Source of the DNA: Pyrinomonadales bacterium
Lineage (GTDB): Bacteria; Acidobacteriota; Blastocatellia; Pyrinomonadales; Pyrinomonadaceae
Length of the DNA: 64,000 nucleotides
Assembly: GCA_038322995.1 (NCBI GenBank)
Contig: JBBQGM010000007.1
Location: 9,391-73,390 of the forward strand
Direction of reading: 5' to 3'
Position 1 is the first letter of the stretch; every line of letters begins with the position of its first letter. Positions 27,410 to 36,783 of this stretch are shown in pieces. Position numbers and translations under genes: made by a program. Below the pieces are notes generated by a model, which saw nothing but the letters and a program-made list of their open reading frames with translations, did no database searches and had not been told where the DNA came from.

Positions 27410-30295
27410 TCATTCAGGCACGTAAGTCTCGACGCGCAGATCGCGGCCATCTGTGCTGACCGTGATCGTGCCGCGCCGGCCGGTGACGAGCACTTGCGCG
27501 CCCGTAGCTTGCCAACGCGCGACGACCGCCGGATCGGGATGACCGAACGGTGAGGTGCGCCCGACGGAGATGATCGCGACGGCCGGCCGCGTCGCGCTAA
27601 CAAACGGTTCAGTCGAAGACGTGCGACTGCCATGATGCGCGACTTTGAGCACGTCACAGCGCAATTCATCCTGAGCGCGCAGCAGTTCCGTCTCGGCATG
27701 ATGCTCTATGTCGCCAGTCAGCAAGATAGTGCGCCCCTTATAGCGCAGGCGCAGTACAAGCGAGTCGTCGTTACCTGAAGTCGCCGACGCGCTCGCGTCC
27801 AGCGGCGGCCATAGCACTTCGCCTGTGACCGCGCCAAAGTTTAACCGCGCGCCCCGGTCGAGCAGATAGATGGGCACGCCCGCCTGCTGTAACGTCGCCG
27901 TTATTTGCGCGTACTCGGGCACGCGGGCCGGGGCGCGGGCGACGAACGCAGCACGGACGTTGAAGTTGCGCGCCACGTCGTTCAGGCCGTCGATGTGATC
28001 CGCGTGCGCGTGCGTCGCCAGCACGTAGTCCACGTGATCGAGTCCCCGCCACCACAGATACTCCGACACGACCGCGTCACCAATGCCCCGCGCATCGCGC
28101 GTGAACTCCGCCGGCTCAACCTCGCCAGCAACGGCCGCCGCCGTGTCGTCATAACTCGCGGCCTCTTGGGCGGCCATCGGTGCGGACTGCGCCGTGCTCA
28201 CGGCCGGGGCGGGCGCGGCGAGTTGCTGCCCCATAGCTGGTTTATGCTGCTGATTGAATGTGGGTCGGCCGCCGCCGTCAATGAGCAGGGTCGTGCCGTC
28301 GGGCAAGGTTACGAGCGCGGCGTCGCCTTGGCCGACATCGAGAAAGTCTATGCGCAAACGCCCGTCGGGTCGGCCCGCGCTGAGCGGATGCGCGATGACG
28401 AGGCAGACCACCGCGGTGAATGTGAGACCGGCGAGCATGATGCCGCGCGTGCGCGCAAGCGGTCGTTTATTTATCGCTGCGCCCCGTGCGCCTGGCGCTA
28501 TAGTCAACAGGGCAGCGTCTTCTATGGCTGGCGGCGCGAGTGGTCGCCAGCGCGCGAGCGCGCCGAGCAGGATGATAAGCAACACATAGTAAAGCACATA
28601 GAGGCAAGCTGCCGCGCCGTGATACGCGGGTAGGCGCAAACCGGCCAGATGCGCGCGAGCAAACGGATCGACGCTGTGCGTCATCAGCCAGTTGAGGCGC
28701 TCGCCCAACCAGATGAGCGGCAGCGCGAGTTTCACGCTTAGACATGACAGCGAGAGCGCGGCCAGCGCGACGATCCCTAAGGCCGCCATCAATGCGCCGA
28801 CGAAGATATTAAGCAGCAGCGCGGCCGTGCTGACGCGATGAAAGTAGAGAATGAGCAGCGGCAGCAGACAGAGTTGCACGCTCGCGGAGATGACGACGGC
28901 GGCGCAGGCATAGCGCAGCACGCCTTGCATGTGCCAGCGTTCGAGCCGCGCGGCGAGCGGGCTTTTGTCCAGCCGGTAACTGTAACTCGTGCGCGCCAAC
29001 TCACGTCGCCAGACACGCTCGCGCCAGTAAAGCGTTTCGCCGATGACGCGAAACCAGCGCGGGCCCACGGGCGGATGCGGTGTCGCGCGCGTCGGTCGCC
29101 ACGCGCCGATTGCTTGTAATCGGGCCAGCAGCGGCCAACCGAGCGCGATGATGCCCAACACGGACACGAAAGTTAACTGGAACGAAGGATCGAACAGATC
29201 GGCGGGTCGCCAGATAAGCAGCGCGAGCGCCACGCCGCCGAGCGCGTTAAGCGATACCGCGCGCCGACCCAAGAGCGGCGCGAGCGCGCCGAGCGTGAAC
29301 ATCAAGGCCGCGCGCACGACCGACGCCCCCGCCCCGACGGCTACTGTATAAGTCCAGAGCAACAAGACGGTCGCGGCGAATTGCCATGTGCGCTGCTTCG
29401 TCACAAGCCGCAGCAACAGGAACGTGAGCCAACCGATAAAACTGATGTGCAAGCCGCTGATGACGAGCACATGAAACGTGCCGCCCGCGCGAAAATGCTC
29501 GGCCGTGTCGCGGGCCAGCCCGTAACGATTACCCAACAGCGCGGCCGCCAGCACGCCCGCCGTCTCCGGTGCAAACAGTTGTACGATCCGGGCCCGCACC
29601 CATTCGCGCCAGGCGTCCAACCACACGAGCGGCAAAAGGACGCGCGCGTCGTCCAGTCGTTCAACGAGCAACGGACTCTTGAGCGCACCCGTGGCATCCA
29701 CTCCACGACGCGCCAGAAATTCCAGCAGCGAACTCGCGCCCGGATTACGAAACTCATCTTCCCGGCCAAGCGCCACTAGCACACGCACACGCGCGCCACG
29801 CCGCAACTCCAACGCCGCATACGCAGCCCGTGTCGCCGCATCGCGCGCGGGCGCGAACAATTCCACCGCGCCTGTCACCCGCGCTTCATCGGTTTTATAT
29901 CTGACTTGTTCGACGCGCAGCGCGAGAAATAGTCCATCCGGCGCAACCTCCAGCGCACGTTCAAGCACGCCCGTCACTTCTACCGGTGCGCCCGACTCGA
30001 TCTGGCCCGTGTCGTAGTAGTGCCGCAGCCGATCAGCGCCGCCGGTGCGTCCCTCAACGGCAGCGAGCGCCGCGCCCGCACAGATGAAAGCGAGCAGCAA
30101 CAGGCATGTCGCAAGCGTGGATGCTTGTTTATTGAAGGCCAGCAGCGTCAGCGTGGCACAGAGCGCGCCGCCCGCGAGCGACCAACGCAACGAGAGCGCG
30201 GTGGTGTGCGCCAGCAGGACACCAATGGCGAAGGCGAGGGCCACGCACGCCAACGGGTGCAGACTGAAAGACGGCCGGTGAAGAACCGCGCGCAT
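27410..30295 (-). CDS. comEC: DNA internalization-related competence protein ComEC/Rec2 (with metallo-beta-lactamase domain)
   Basis: 961 aa. N-terminal OB/DUF4131-like region, a polytopic competence domain, and a C-terminal Lactamase_B domain (FLDVGQGDA, ATHAHADHIDGL, KVAHHGS). Confidence 0.88.
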   Translation of the reverse strand: MRAVLHRPSFSLHPLACVALAFAIGVLLAHTTALSLRWSLAGGALCATLTLLAFNKQASTLATCLLLLAFICAGAALAAVEGRTGGADRLRHYYDTGQIESGAPVEVTGVLERALEVAPDGLFLALRVEQVRYKTDEARVTGAVELFAPARDAATRAAYAALELRRGARVRVLVALGREDEFRNPGASSLLEFLARRGVDATGALKSPLLVERLDDARVLLPLVWLDAWREWVRARIVQLFAPETAGVLAAALLGNRYGLARDTAEHFRAGGTFHVLVISGLHISFIGWLTFLLLRLVTKQRTWQFAATVLLLWTYTVAVGAGASVVRAALMFTLGALAPLLGRRAVSLNALGGVALALLIWRPADLFDPSFQLTFVSVLGIIALGWPLLARLQAIGAWRPTRATPHPPVGPRWFRVIGETLYWRERVWRRELARTSYSYRLDKSPLAARLERWHMQGVLRYACAAVVISASVQLCLLPLLILYFHRVSTAALLLNIFVGALMAALGIVALAALSLSCLSVKLALPLIWLGERLNWLMTHSVDPFARAHLAGLRLPAYHGAAACLYVLYYVLLIILLGALARWRPLAPPAIEDAALLTIAPGARGAAINKRPLARTRGIMLAGLTFTAVVCLVIAHPLSAGRPDGRLRIDFLDVGQGDAALVTLPDGTTLLIDGGGRPTFNQQHKPAMGQQLAAPAPAVSTAQSAPMAAQEAASYDDTAAAVAGEVEPAEFTRDARGIGDAVVSEYLWWRGLDHVDYVLATHAHADHIDGLNDVARNFNVRAAFVARAPARVPEYAQITATLQQAGVPIYLLDRGARLNFGAVTGEVLWPPLDASASATSGNDDSLVLRLRYKGRTILLTGDIEHHAETELLRAQDELRCDVLKVAHHGSRTSSTEPFVSATRPAVAIISVGRTSPFGHPDPAVVARWQATGAQVLVTGRRGTITVSTDGRDLRVETYVPE

Positions 30296-30342
30296 GAGGT
30301 CTCCGTGGAAGTGACGACGATGAACGACGTTAGCCCGCAGGC

Positions 30343-30347
30343 CCTGC
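30343..30347. repeat. target-site duplication copy 1 (CCTGC)
   Basis: Identical 5-mer directly abuts both transposon termini (30343-30347 and 52896-52900). Confidence 0.85.
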
Positions 30348-30470
30348 TACTAAAAACCAAAGTCCTTGAAAATATACACCTCTAAATCTCCCATTTCACA
30401 CCAAAGTCATCTAAAATAACAACCAAAGTCGGTGGAAATGTTTCGGTAATAGACTAAAGGCGTTGGAAAT
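30348..30470 (+). repeat. transposon end A: terminal IR plus four putative TnsB-binding repeats
   Basis: ACCAAAGTCCTTGAAAAT (30356), ACCAAAGTCATCTAAAAT (30400), ACCAAAGTCGGTGGAAAT (30422), ACTAAAGGCGTTGGAAAT (30453). All are in the same orientation, with spacings of 44/22/31 bp. Confidence 0.75.
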
Positions 30471-30491
30471 GATTTTTAGAGGTTAAAGTTC

Positions 30492-30600
30492 ATGCCCGTC
30501 AGGAAAATTCCAAGGAGTTATCGAAATGTGACAGGTCTCACGGCAACCGATAAGTCTGATGAAATGGCTGCTTATACAAGTGCCATAAACTCCTGACCGG
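30492..30600 (+). pseudogene. tnsA: tnsA 5' relic (first ~35 codons, with internal 16-nt deletion)
   Basis: ATGCCCGTCAGGAAAATTCCAAGGAGTTATCGAAATGTGACAGGTCTCACGGCAACCGATAAGTC... aligns with the start of intact tnsA (38213...) with scattered mismatches. The upstream TTTTAGAGGTT.A.GTT is also shared. Similarity ends after ...AAACTCCTGACC. Confidence 0.75.
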
Positions 30601-30922
30601 CACTTGGAATTGAGCCTACATTCTGGACTGATTAAACCTTATGCTCAAAACTCCCGTCGCATCTTAGCCCCCGATTCTGCGACCCCTCGCTTCGTGTAAG
30701 AAGGGAATTTTCTCCCATTTAGATTGCGGGAATGTGCCCGGTCAGGGTGCATCTCTTGCCGACATCACGCCCCCAAGGGAGAGTTTTTAACATCTACTGC
30801 CGCTTGAGCGAAGGAAAACGCCAGAGAACACGTGTTGATCATCAGGATTGACTATGGTATAGACCCTTGCCTCAAATCGGGAACAATTGTTTTCACCCCA
30901 AGCCTGAAAGGCGATTTCTAAT

Positions 30923-32059
30923 ATGACTGCCCCCACCTCAGAAGTATTCGGTCGCACCGTTTCAACTCACCCTTACGAGAGCGCTCTAGCCGACTGGCAG
31001 CGTTCGGGAGATATGGCGAAGATGGCGATGGCGTGTAACATTCGCCACGACCACCGCATTAGCCTAAAACGTGAAGAGCAATTCGACCATTTCTGCCACC
31101 AACCCCGAACCGCAGGCGATTTGGAAAAGGCCATCCATTACTACTTCGAGAAAAAGATTCGCACCAGACACTATCCTCACTTTGTTTATCATGAAATCAA
31201 CGCTGGCAACCTCATCTGCGGACACGCCAAGCTCTCACAGAAGTTAGCCGAAAACTCGTGGCATAGCCTCTCACCTCTGCTCAACAAAGAGCTACGGCTG
31301 TTGCGTATCATTGATCTCAACAACCTGCGGATTTCATACCGCTCGCTGCTCAACGCCCGCCGCCGCAAGCGGAAGTGGGCAGATAGCTTCGAATTTTATT
31401 ACAGCATCCCTCGTGACTTGATAAAGGATAAGAACAAGGAACAGCAGTGGGTTGACGAGTGGCTCGACGAGATGCTTAATCCGGGCGACGCAGACCGGCG
31501 GGATCGCTTCGTTGCAGCCGTTCTCGATTTGTTGAACTGTGTACGACGCGCGACAGCTTTCCAGCCAACTTGGGCCACCACGCTAGAAGCCTTCGAACCG
31601 CAAGCACGATCACCCGTCGGCGAGCCGAACCCTGACCGATGGGTACAAATCATGGGGATGGGGAAGAATCCCCATGGCCATTGGTTCATTGCTCTAACCT
31701 ACACGGTGGGCGAAGCAGGCACCGTCGCCCGACCAACCCAACTTGATGGCGGGTGGTACGAGTATCATTTCCCCTCGCCCAGAGAGACGCCGCTCGAATC
31801 GGGCGGTCACGCGATGGACTTGCGCCTCTCCCCAACCGCTGCGGAATTACTACCTGAGTACATCCACAAGCAGATTGAGCACCCCGTCCAGCACTGGCAC
31901 GACGCCGGAAATCTGCTCGGTCGTACCTCTGATTGGCGCCCCCCCGACCTGATCAGCATTCGTCGCGCTCACCAAGCGCTGCTAACTTCTACTTACAAGA
32001 CAGAGGTTTACACTGGCTGTCCGAACCGCGATGTGTGTAGAATCTGCGGGGACGATTGA
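30923..32059 (+). CDS. hypothetical protein (His/Cys-rich, no family recognised)
   Basis: 378-aa ORF with clearly higher G+C than the rest of the island. Ends ...CPNRDVCRICGDD. Its stop lies 3 nt before the next start. Confidence 0.6.
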   Translation: MTAPTSEVFGRTVSTHPYESALADWQRSGDMAKMAMACNIRHDHRISLKREEQFDHFCHQPRTAGDLEKAIHYYFEKKIRTRHYPHFVYHEINAGNLICGHAKLSQKLAENSWHSLSPLLNKELRLLRIIDLNNLRISYRSLLNARRRKRKWADSFEFYYSIPRDLIKDKNKEQQWVDEWLDEMLNPGDADRRDRFVAAVLDLLNCVRRATAFQPTWATTLEAFEPQARSPVGEPNPDRWVQIMGMGKNPHGHWFIALTYTVGEAGTVARPTQLDGGWYEYHFPSPRETPLESGGHAMDLRLSPTAAELLPEYIHKQIEHPVQHWHDAGNLLGRTSDWRPPDLISIRRAHQALLTSTYKTEVYTGCPNRDVCRICGDD

Positions 32060-32062
32060 ACA

Positions 32063-33394
32063 TTGGCAGTGATGAACGAAGACATCGAAGCCCCAGCCGT
32101 GCGCGAGATGCGCCGGATGCTCCGACTCTGGCTGGCGCGCAAAGGATGGGAGATGGAGCGGCTCGTGGGTTGGCTTCGAAGGGAGGGTCTGCCCGCATCG
32201 GACGTTGAGCAGGAGCCTTACGCGTGGCTCCTCGACGGGCTTCCACTGGCCGATGAAAGGTATCGCGCGGAGAACGAACTCGCCGCACGTGTGGCCCGCC
32301 TGCTGGAGATGCAGCCCGACGCGCAACCTCCCGGTGAACAACGCGACGAGTTGCTATACAACCTGCTCATGCTCTGCGCCGGACTGAACTGCCCGACTCA
32401 GTTGGCCGATCCGCTCTACGCTATGTTTCGGCGTGGTAAACTGGCAGGCAGTTGGCAAGGTACAGTTCTCCGCCAAGTGCTTGAATCTGCGCTCATCACC
32501 AACCAGCGTGATGACCGTTTGCAAACGGTCTGGCACGAGATGCTCACACGGAGTAGGCATGAGTTCCTGACCGGCGATGAGTACGCTGGGTTCGAGGGCA
32601 TCCGTCTCATGCCGGCCTCAGAAGCCGCCCGCGGCAGACCAGCACTCGACGCTATCGGCGCGGCACTCGCGGCGATGGCTGTGCATCTAGAACGGAAGCG
32701 CACACGCCGCGTGGAATTTCACAGCCTCCTCAACCGTGTTCTGCACACATATCCTGGAAGGCCCACATGGAACAGCGATTTGGTATATCAGGCGGACAAT
32801 CATTATTGGCCGGGCTGGGCCGTCGAATGTCTCCCGAAGCTTTTCATTCCGCAGGCGACTTTAGACCCGGATGAGCCAGATGTGCGTGCGCTCATCTGGC
32901 ACTATATCCCCGCTTGCCTTCCGACATCGTGCAAATATGAGGTCAGAGAAAAATTATGCAACGGCCATGTACTGGAAGTTTCATTGTCCCGGCAAGCTTA
33001 TGCTTTTGTCCAATCTATTGCTCCATTGCTTGAGCGCAATCGGCTTTCGATGACTTACGCAAGTGAAAGAGCAATGAGAGGCTTGGTCGTGGATGCGCTG
33101 GCGCAGCTTGAGGTTCAAGCATCATACCGAAATGACCATGAGGCTGCATTAGCCTTGCTGGAGACACGCAAGCAGATGCTTGAAAGCGTAGGAATCATTC
33201 CTGACATTGACACTATCAGTAAGTCGTTACAAATATTCGCTAAAGACCGTCAAAAGGAGAAAAATCGTGAGGCCGAGTTTCTCAAGCTTGTTGCCCCTGT
33301 CGTTGAAATGTATCCGGAATTAAATCTCAAGAGCCGAGCTAGTGAAATGAACTTACCCAATTGGGCTGTCAAGTGCTTAAAAAAGGTTGCTTAA
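32063..33394 (+). CDS. hypothetical protein (predicted all-helical, no family recognised)
   Basis: 443-aa ORF, apparently translationally coupled to 30923-32059. Confidence 0.6.
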   Translation: MAVMNEDIEAPAVREMRRMLRLWLARKGWEMERLVGWLRREGLPASDVEQEPYAWLLDGLPLADERYRAENELAARVARLLEMQPDAQPPGEQRDELLYNLLMLCAGLNCPTQLADPLYAMFRRGKLAGSWQGTVLRQVLESALITNQRDDRLQTVWHEMLTRSRHEFLTGDEYAGFEGIRLMPASEAARGRPALDAIGAALAAMAVHLERKRTRRVEFHSLLNRVLHTYPGRPTWNSDLVYQADNHYWPGWAVECLPKLFIPQATLDPDEPDVRALIWHYIPACLPTSCKYEVREKLCNGHVLEVSLSRQAYAFVQSIAPLLERNRLSMTYASERAMRGLVVDALAQLEVQASYRNDHEAALALLETRKQMLESVGIIPDIDTISKSLQIFAKDRQKEKNREAEFLKLVAPVVEMYPELNLKSRASEMNLPNWAVKCLKKVA

Positions 33395-33429
33395 CTTTTG
33401 TCCAATTCGCTCTGCACGTTGGGATCTCA

Positions 33430-33879
33430 TCAACTCACCTTTCTTCTGACCAAAGAACGTATCGTTTGTACCAGAGGGCCGTATTCAGAGTCCTTAGGCT
33501 GATAATATACTGTAGGGCGCTCAGCCATCCCTTCAAGATCGGCAGCTTCTAAAATGGTGTAGAGCACTACGGGAATGTCTCTAGTCCTTGGGTCTCCAGC
33601 CAGCTGCTTCTCATTCCGCAGCCCAGCGCGGTGAAAGCCGTCCATCTTAATTTCAGGAGGTGGCTCAATCGTATCCGGTGTAGGATCGGCCCATCGCAGC
33701 ATCACGTCCATAATGATAACATCTGGTGGGTTATGGGCTATCTCTTCGAACCGCTCGCGGAACTCCCTCTCTGTGCTTATGCGATTGATTAGGGCTGAAG
33801 CCAAATCGGATTCGTCCCGAAAAGTTTCTATTAGCAGTTCAGCCTGCAAATGATCGTCTTCAACAATCAGAATATACAT
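33430..33879 (-). CDS. stand-alone response-regulator receiver (CheY-like) protein
   Basis: 149 aa. ILIVEDD acidic pocket, DVIIMDVML phospho-acceptor Asp, no output domain. Confidence 0.8.
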   Translation of the reverse strand: MYILIVEDDHLQAELLIETFRDESDLASALINRISTEREFRERFEEIAHNPPDVIIMDVMLRWADPTPDTIEPPPEIKMDGFHRAGLRNEKQLAGDPRTRDIPVVLYTILEAADLEGMAERPTVYYQPKDSEYGPLVQTIRSLVRRKVS

Positions 33880-33889
33880 ATCAATGCCT

Positions 33890-36445
33890 TTATTTCTGGG
33901 TGGGGAAAATGAGCCTTATTTGCGTAACCCCTTCCGAGGTTGTCGGGGTAATCGACAATTCGCCATTATGCGCTTTCATGATGTTGTCCACTACCCACAG
34001 GCCAATGCCCGAACCTTCGCCAGTCGTCCAGGTAGCCTGCTCACTACGCCATAGACGTTGTTTACATAAATTGATTTCATGTTGCTTGACCGGCATTCCT
34101 CTATTCACGACAGATACGTAGAATGATCTGCCCTTAGTCAGCCCGCCAGAAACATCGACGACTGTGTTGTGGAAGCTGTACTTTCCTGCATTGTCCAACA
34201 GACAGCTTACCGCCTGTTCCAGCAAATCGGGATCGACATAAACGAGATAACTGTCAAGCACCTCAAAACCTTTGCGGCTGACGCGGAATTTGATCTGACG
34301 GTAAGGCTCAATTAGCAACTCATTATCGCTGGCGGCTTCGATCAGCATTCTGAGCACGGCATCTGACGTCAAACGCCTCAGGCGTTGCGGCTCAATCCGG
34401 ACGGCGGATTCACGCGCCAGTTCTGCAAACAACCCAGTACTCATGGACACGCGCTTCGCCTTGGATATGAGACCTCTCAGGGCTAGATACTTCGGGCTTA
34501 GTCGCACGTTATTGATTTTGTCCTCGTACAAAATGGCTTGGAGCCGTGCGTGGGCTTGAATCAAAGGGCTTTTGAGCTGGTGCGCTAAGTCTTCGTTCGT
34601 TTGCGACCTCTCCTTTTCCCTACGCTGGAGTTCGATTTCAGTCTGATGGAGTTCTCCGATAGCCGTGGTCAAGTAGTAATAGAGACCTAGCTGTTGTCCT
34701 AAAAGCTCGGCCACTTTGACCGCGTGTGATGGGAACTTCTGACTGCCTGTGCCACGCAAGTCTAAAACACCGACGACCTTGCCCTGCACGACAATCGGGG
34801 CAACGATCATTCGCTCGGTCTCCGGGAAAGTACTAAATTTATAGCCTTCGCGCTCGGCGTTGAAGATGCCCATCGCTTGGCCTGAGTGGAAGACTTGGAC
34901 TCCGAGGAGGTTGGCGGGGGGTTGGTCGTTAACGGGGAACCGCTGTTCCAGCCGAGCTTTCACCTCGGCTAAGTTGCCTTTCTTCCAAGGCGCTCCGTAT
35001 ACCGCGTCGAAATATAGCTCTTGCGTGTCGGCATCATACAGGCGCACATCCATGATGTCTGCGCCAGCCACCACATCGCGCGCTACCCTAAATGTCCTAT
35101 GGAAAATATGTTGCATACTCGGAGTCGTCGCTTGCAATTCCTGCTGCACAAAGCTGTTGAGTTGGCTGATGCAGTTGACTAGCGACTGCCAAGCCTGTTT
35201 CTCTATTTCTATCTCGCGCCGGAATAACCAGTTGCTCCAGAAGCGACTGATCTGGGAGGCGACCAGCTTCAGCAGATTCAGGTCCCAATCCGCGAAATAG
35301 TACGGGACACGCCTAGCGGCGCTGCACCGTATGACGCCGAGAACTTTCTCATCCCGGAAAATCGGTGCGGCCATAAAGCTCAAGGGCGGCAACCGAAATT
35401 TGTTGTTTAGCTTGAGAGCTTTGCGCGCTGAGACTTTAATATTCAACGAGTCATTCCAACGCAGTTTTGGGTATTCGCGTTGGATAATCACCTTATCATG
35501 CTCGAAGTTTGCCAGGTTGAGAATCCTCACGGGCTGCTTCTTGGCCAATACCCAGCCGGTTGCGCCCTCCTCGACCCGCGCTAGGTAAGTGCCTTTCATC
35601 TGAGCCCACTGATTCCATGTAGTTCCGGCCAATCGGTATGCGCCCGCCATCTCTAAGGGATCCTCCATGAAGATCGAGGTCTCAATACACTGAAAAGTCT
35701 CAGCAACTACGGAGCAGATCTGGTCCCACACTCTCTTCATCTCGTCTACCAAGAGCAGCTTGCCCGACGCTCGCAAATCAGCTTCATGTAGAACCTCGCT
35801 GACTTGCCGAATCAGCTTCTGGCTCACCCTGTCCCTGATGGCCTGATACAAGGCCGGTATCATGCGGGCCATCTGCCGGATTCTAGCGATCTCTTCCTCG
35901 GTGAAAGGATCAGGAGCGTTTCTGTAGAGGCTGACCACCCCTTTAGTATTTTTACTATCGGTGAAGTTGATAGGGACGGCGCATATCGTTTTAAAGTTCA
36001 ACGTATCGCTGGCGCGTCGGCTGGCCGGGTTACTATTAGCGCGCACATCCTGCTGAATGTTCGTTACATTTTCAGGCTTTTGGCTGATGATTACAGCACC
36101 CTCTACTGACTCCACCAAGGGCATGTCGTGCTCGGCAAACACGTTGCCGTCTTGGAACCACTCAGCGAGAACGAACAAGCGACCTTTGAGCGGTTCGCTT
36201 TCAAGGTTACTGCCGGGGGCAACTTCCCAAATGATACATCCGTAGGCGTGAACCGCTTCGGAAATTCGTTTAAGTATCTCCGACAGGCCCGATAATTCCC
36301 CTTGCCCAAATGCGGTTAAAACCACTTCTGCCAAATAATCATCGGGTTGAATAGGTTCTTGTGCTGACTTAGCCATGCCCGGATTATCGGACAATTGGCC
36401 TATCATGTAAACAAAGTGTTTTGAGGCCAAGTAGGCATCTGACAA
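33890..36445 (-). CDS. cytoplasmic multi-GAF sensor histidine kinase
   Basis: 851 aa with no evident TM helices. Three GAF-like blocks (e.g. VLGVIRCSAARR, VVGVLDLRG). H-box EDLAHQLKSPL. HATPase_c N-box LLDNAGKYS and G-box GEGSGIGLWVVDNIM. Sits 10 nt upstream of the receiver gene. Confidence 0.8.
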   Translation of the reverse strand: MSDAYLASKHFVYMIGQLSDNPGMAKSAQEPIQPDDYLAEVVLTAFGQGELSGLSEILKRISEAVHAYGCIIWEVAPGSNLESEPLKGRLFVLAEWFQDGNVFAEHDMPLVESVEGAVIISQKPENVTNIQQDVRANSNPASRRASDTLNFKTICAVPINFTDSKNTKGVVSLYRNAPDPFTEEEIARIRQMARMIPALYQAIRDRVSQKLIRQVSEVLHEADLRASGKLLLVDEMKRVWDQICSVVAETFQCIETSIFMEDPLEMAGAYRLAGTTWNQWAQMKGTYLARVEEGATGWVLAKKQPVRILNLANFEHDKVIIQREYPKLRWNDSLNIKVSARKALKLNNKFRLPPLSFMAAPIFRDEKVLGVIRCSAARRVPYYFADWDLNLLKLVASQISRFWSNWLFRREIEIEKQAWQSLVNCISQLNSFVQQELQATTPSMQHIFHRTFRVARDVVAGADIMDVRLYDADTQELYFDAVYGAPWKKGNLAEVKARLEQRFPVNDQPPANLLGVQVFHSGQAMGIFNAEREGYKFSTFPETERMIVAPIVVQGKVVGVLDLRGTGSQKFPSHAVKVAELLGQQLGLYYYLTTAIGELHQTEIELQRREKERSQTNEDLAHQLKSPLIQAHARLQAILYEDKINNVRLSPKYLALRGLISKAKRVSMSTGLFAELARESAVRIEPQRLRRLTSDAVLRMLIEAASDNELLIEPYRQIKFRVSRKGFEVLDSYLVYVDPDLLEQAVSCLLDNAGKYSFHNTVVDVSGGLTKGRSFYVSVVNRGMPVKQHEINLCKQRLWRSEQATWTTGEGSGIGLWVVDNIMKAHNGELSITPTTSEGVTQIRLIFPTQK

Positions 36446-36783
36446 TCAGGGCTGAAGTAGAGGGAATGACTTTGAGGTGGATTCTTTGTGCCATGCCCGG
36501 GACAGGGCGTGACGACATGTCTCGCTCTCGACTTTGATGTTTAATCACGAGGAAGATACTAAGTTATTCGCAACGCACCAAGCAGGCCAATGACACCTCT
36601 TGTTTCATCAAAGTTTCTGGCCCGAGATGTATACCAAAGGAGGGCCAGAATTTAGGGTAAATGCCTTCCTGAACGGACTCCCATAGTTTCTATTCGGCGA
36701 CCCCGCAGCAAGCTGACGGGGAATTACAGATTAAATATCTTCCTGTATTCAAACTCTAAACATTCTCCTATACTGGCAGATCA

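Noticed and set aside
36446-36783. Weak GACTTTGA / CATCAAAGT / ACCAAAGG motifs that might be internal transposon ends marking a junction of two tandem elements
   Set aside because: The matches to the ACCAAAGTC-N3-KRAAAT end motif are partial and lack the flanking GAAAT half. They have no regular spacing and no terminal TACTAAAAACC sequence. That is too weak to call an internal end, although a mosaic origin is still likely on other grounds.
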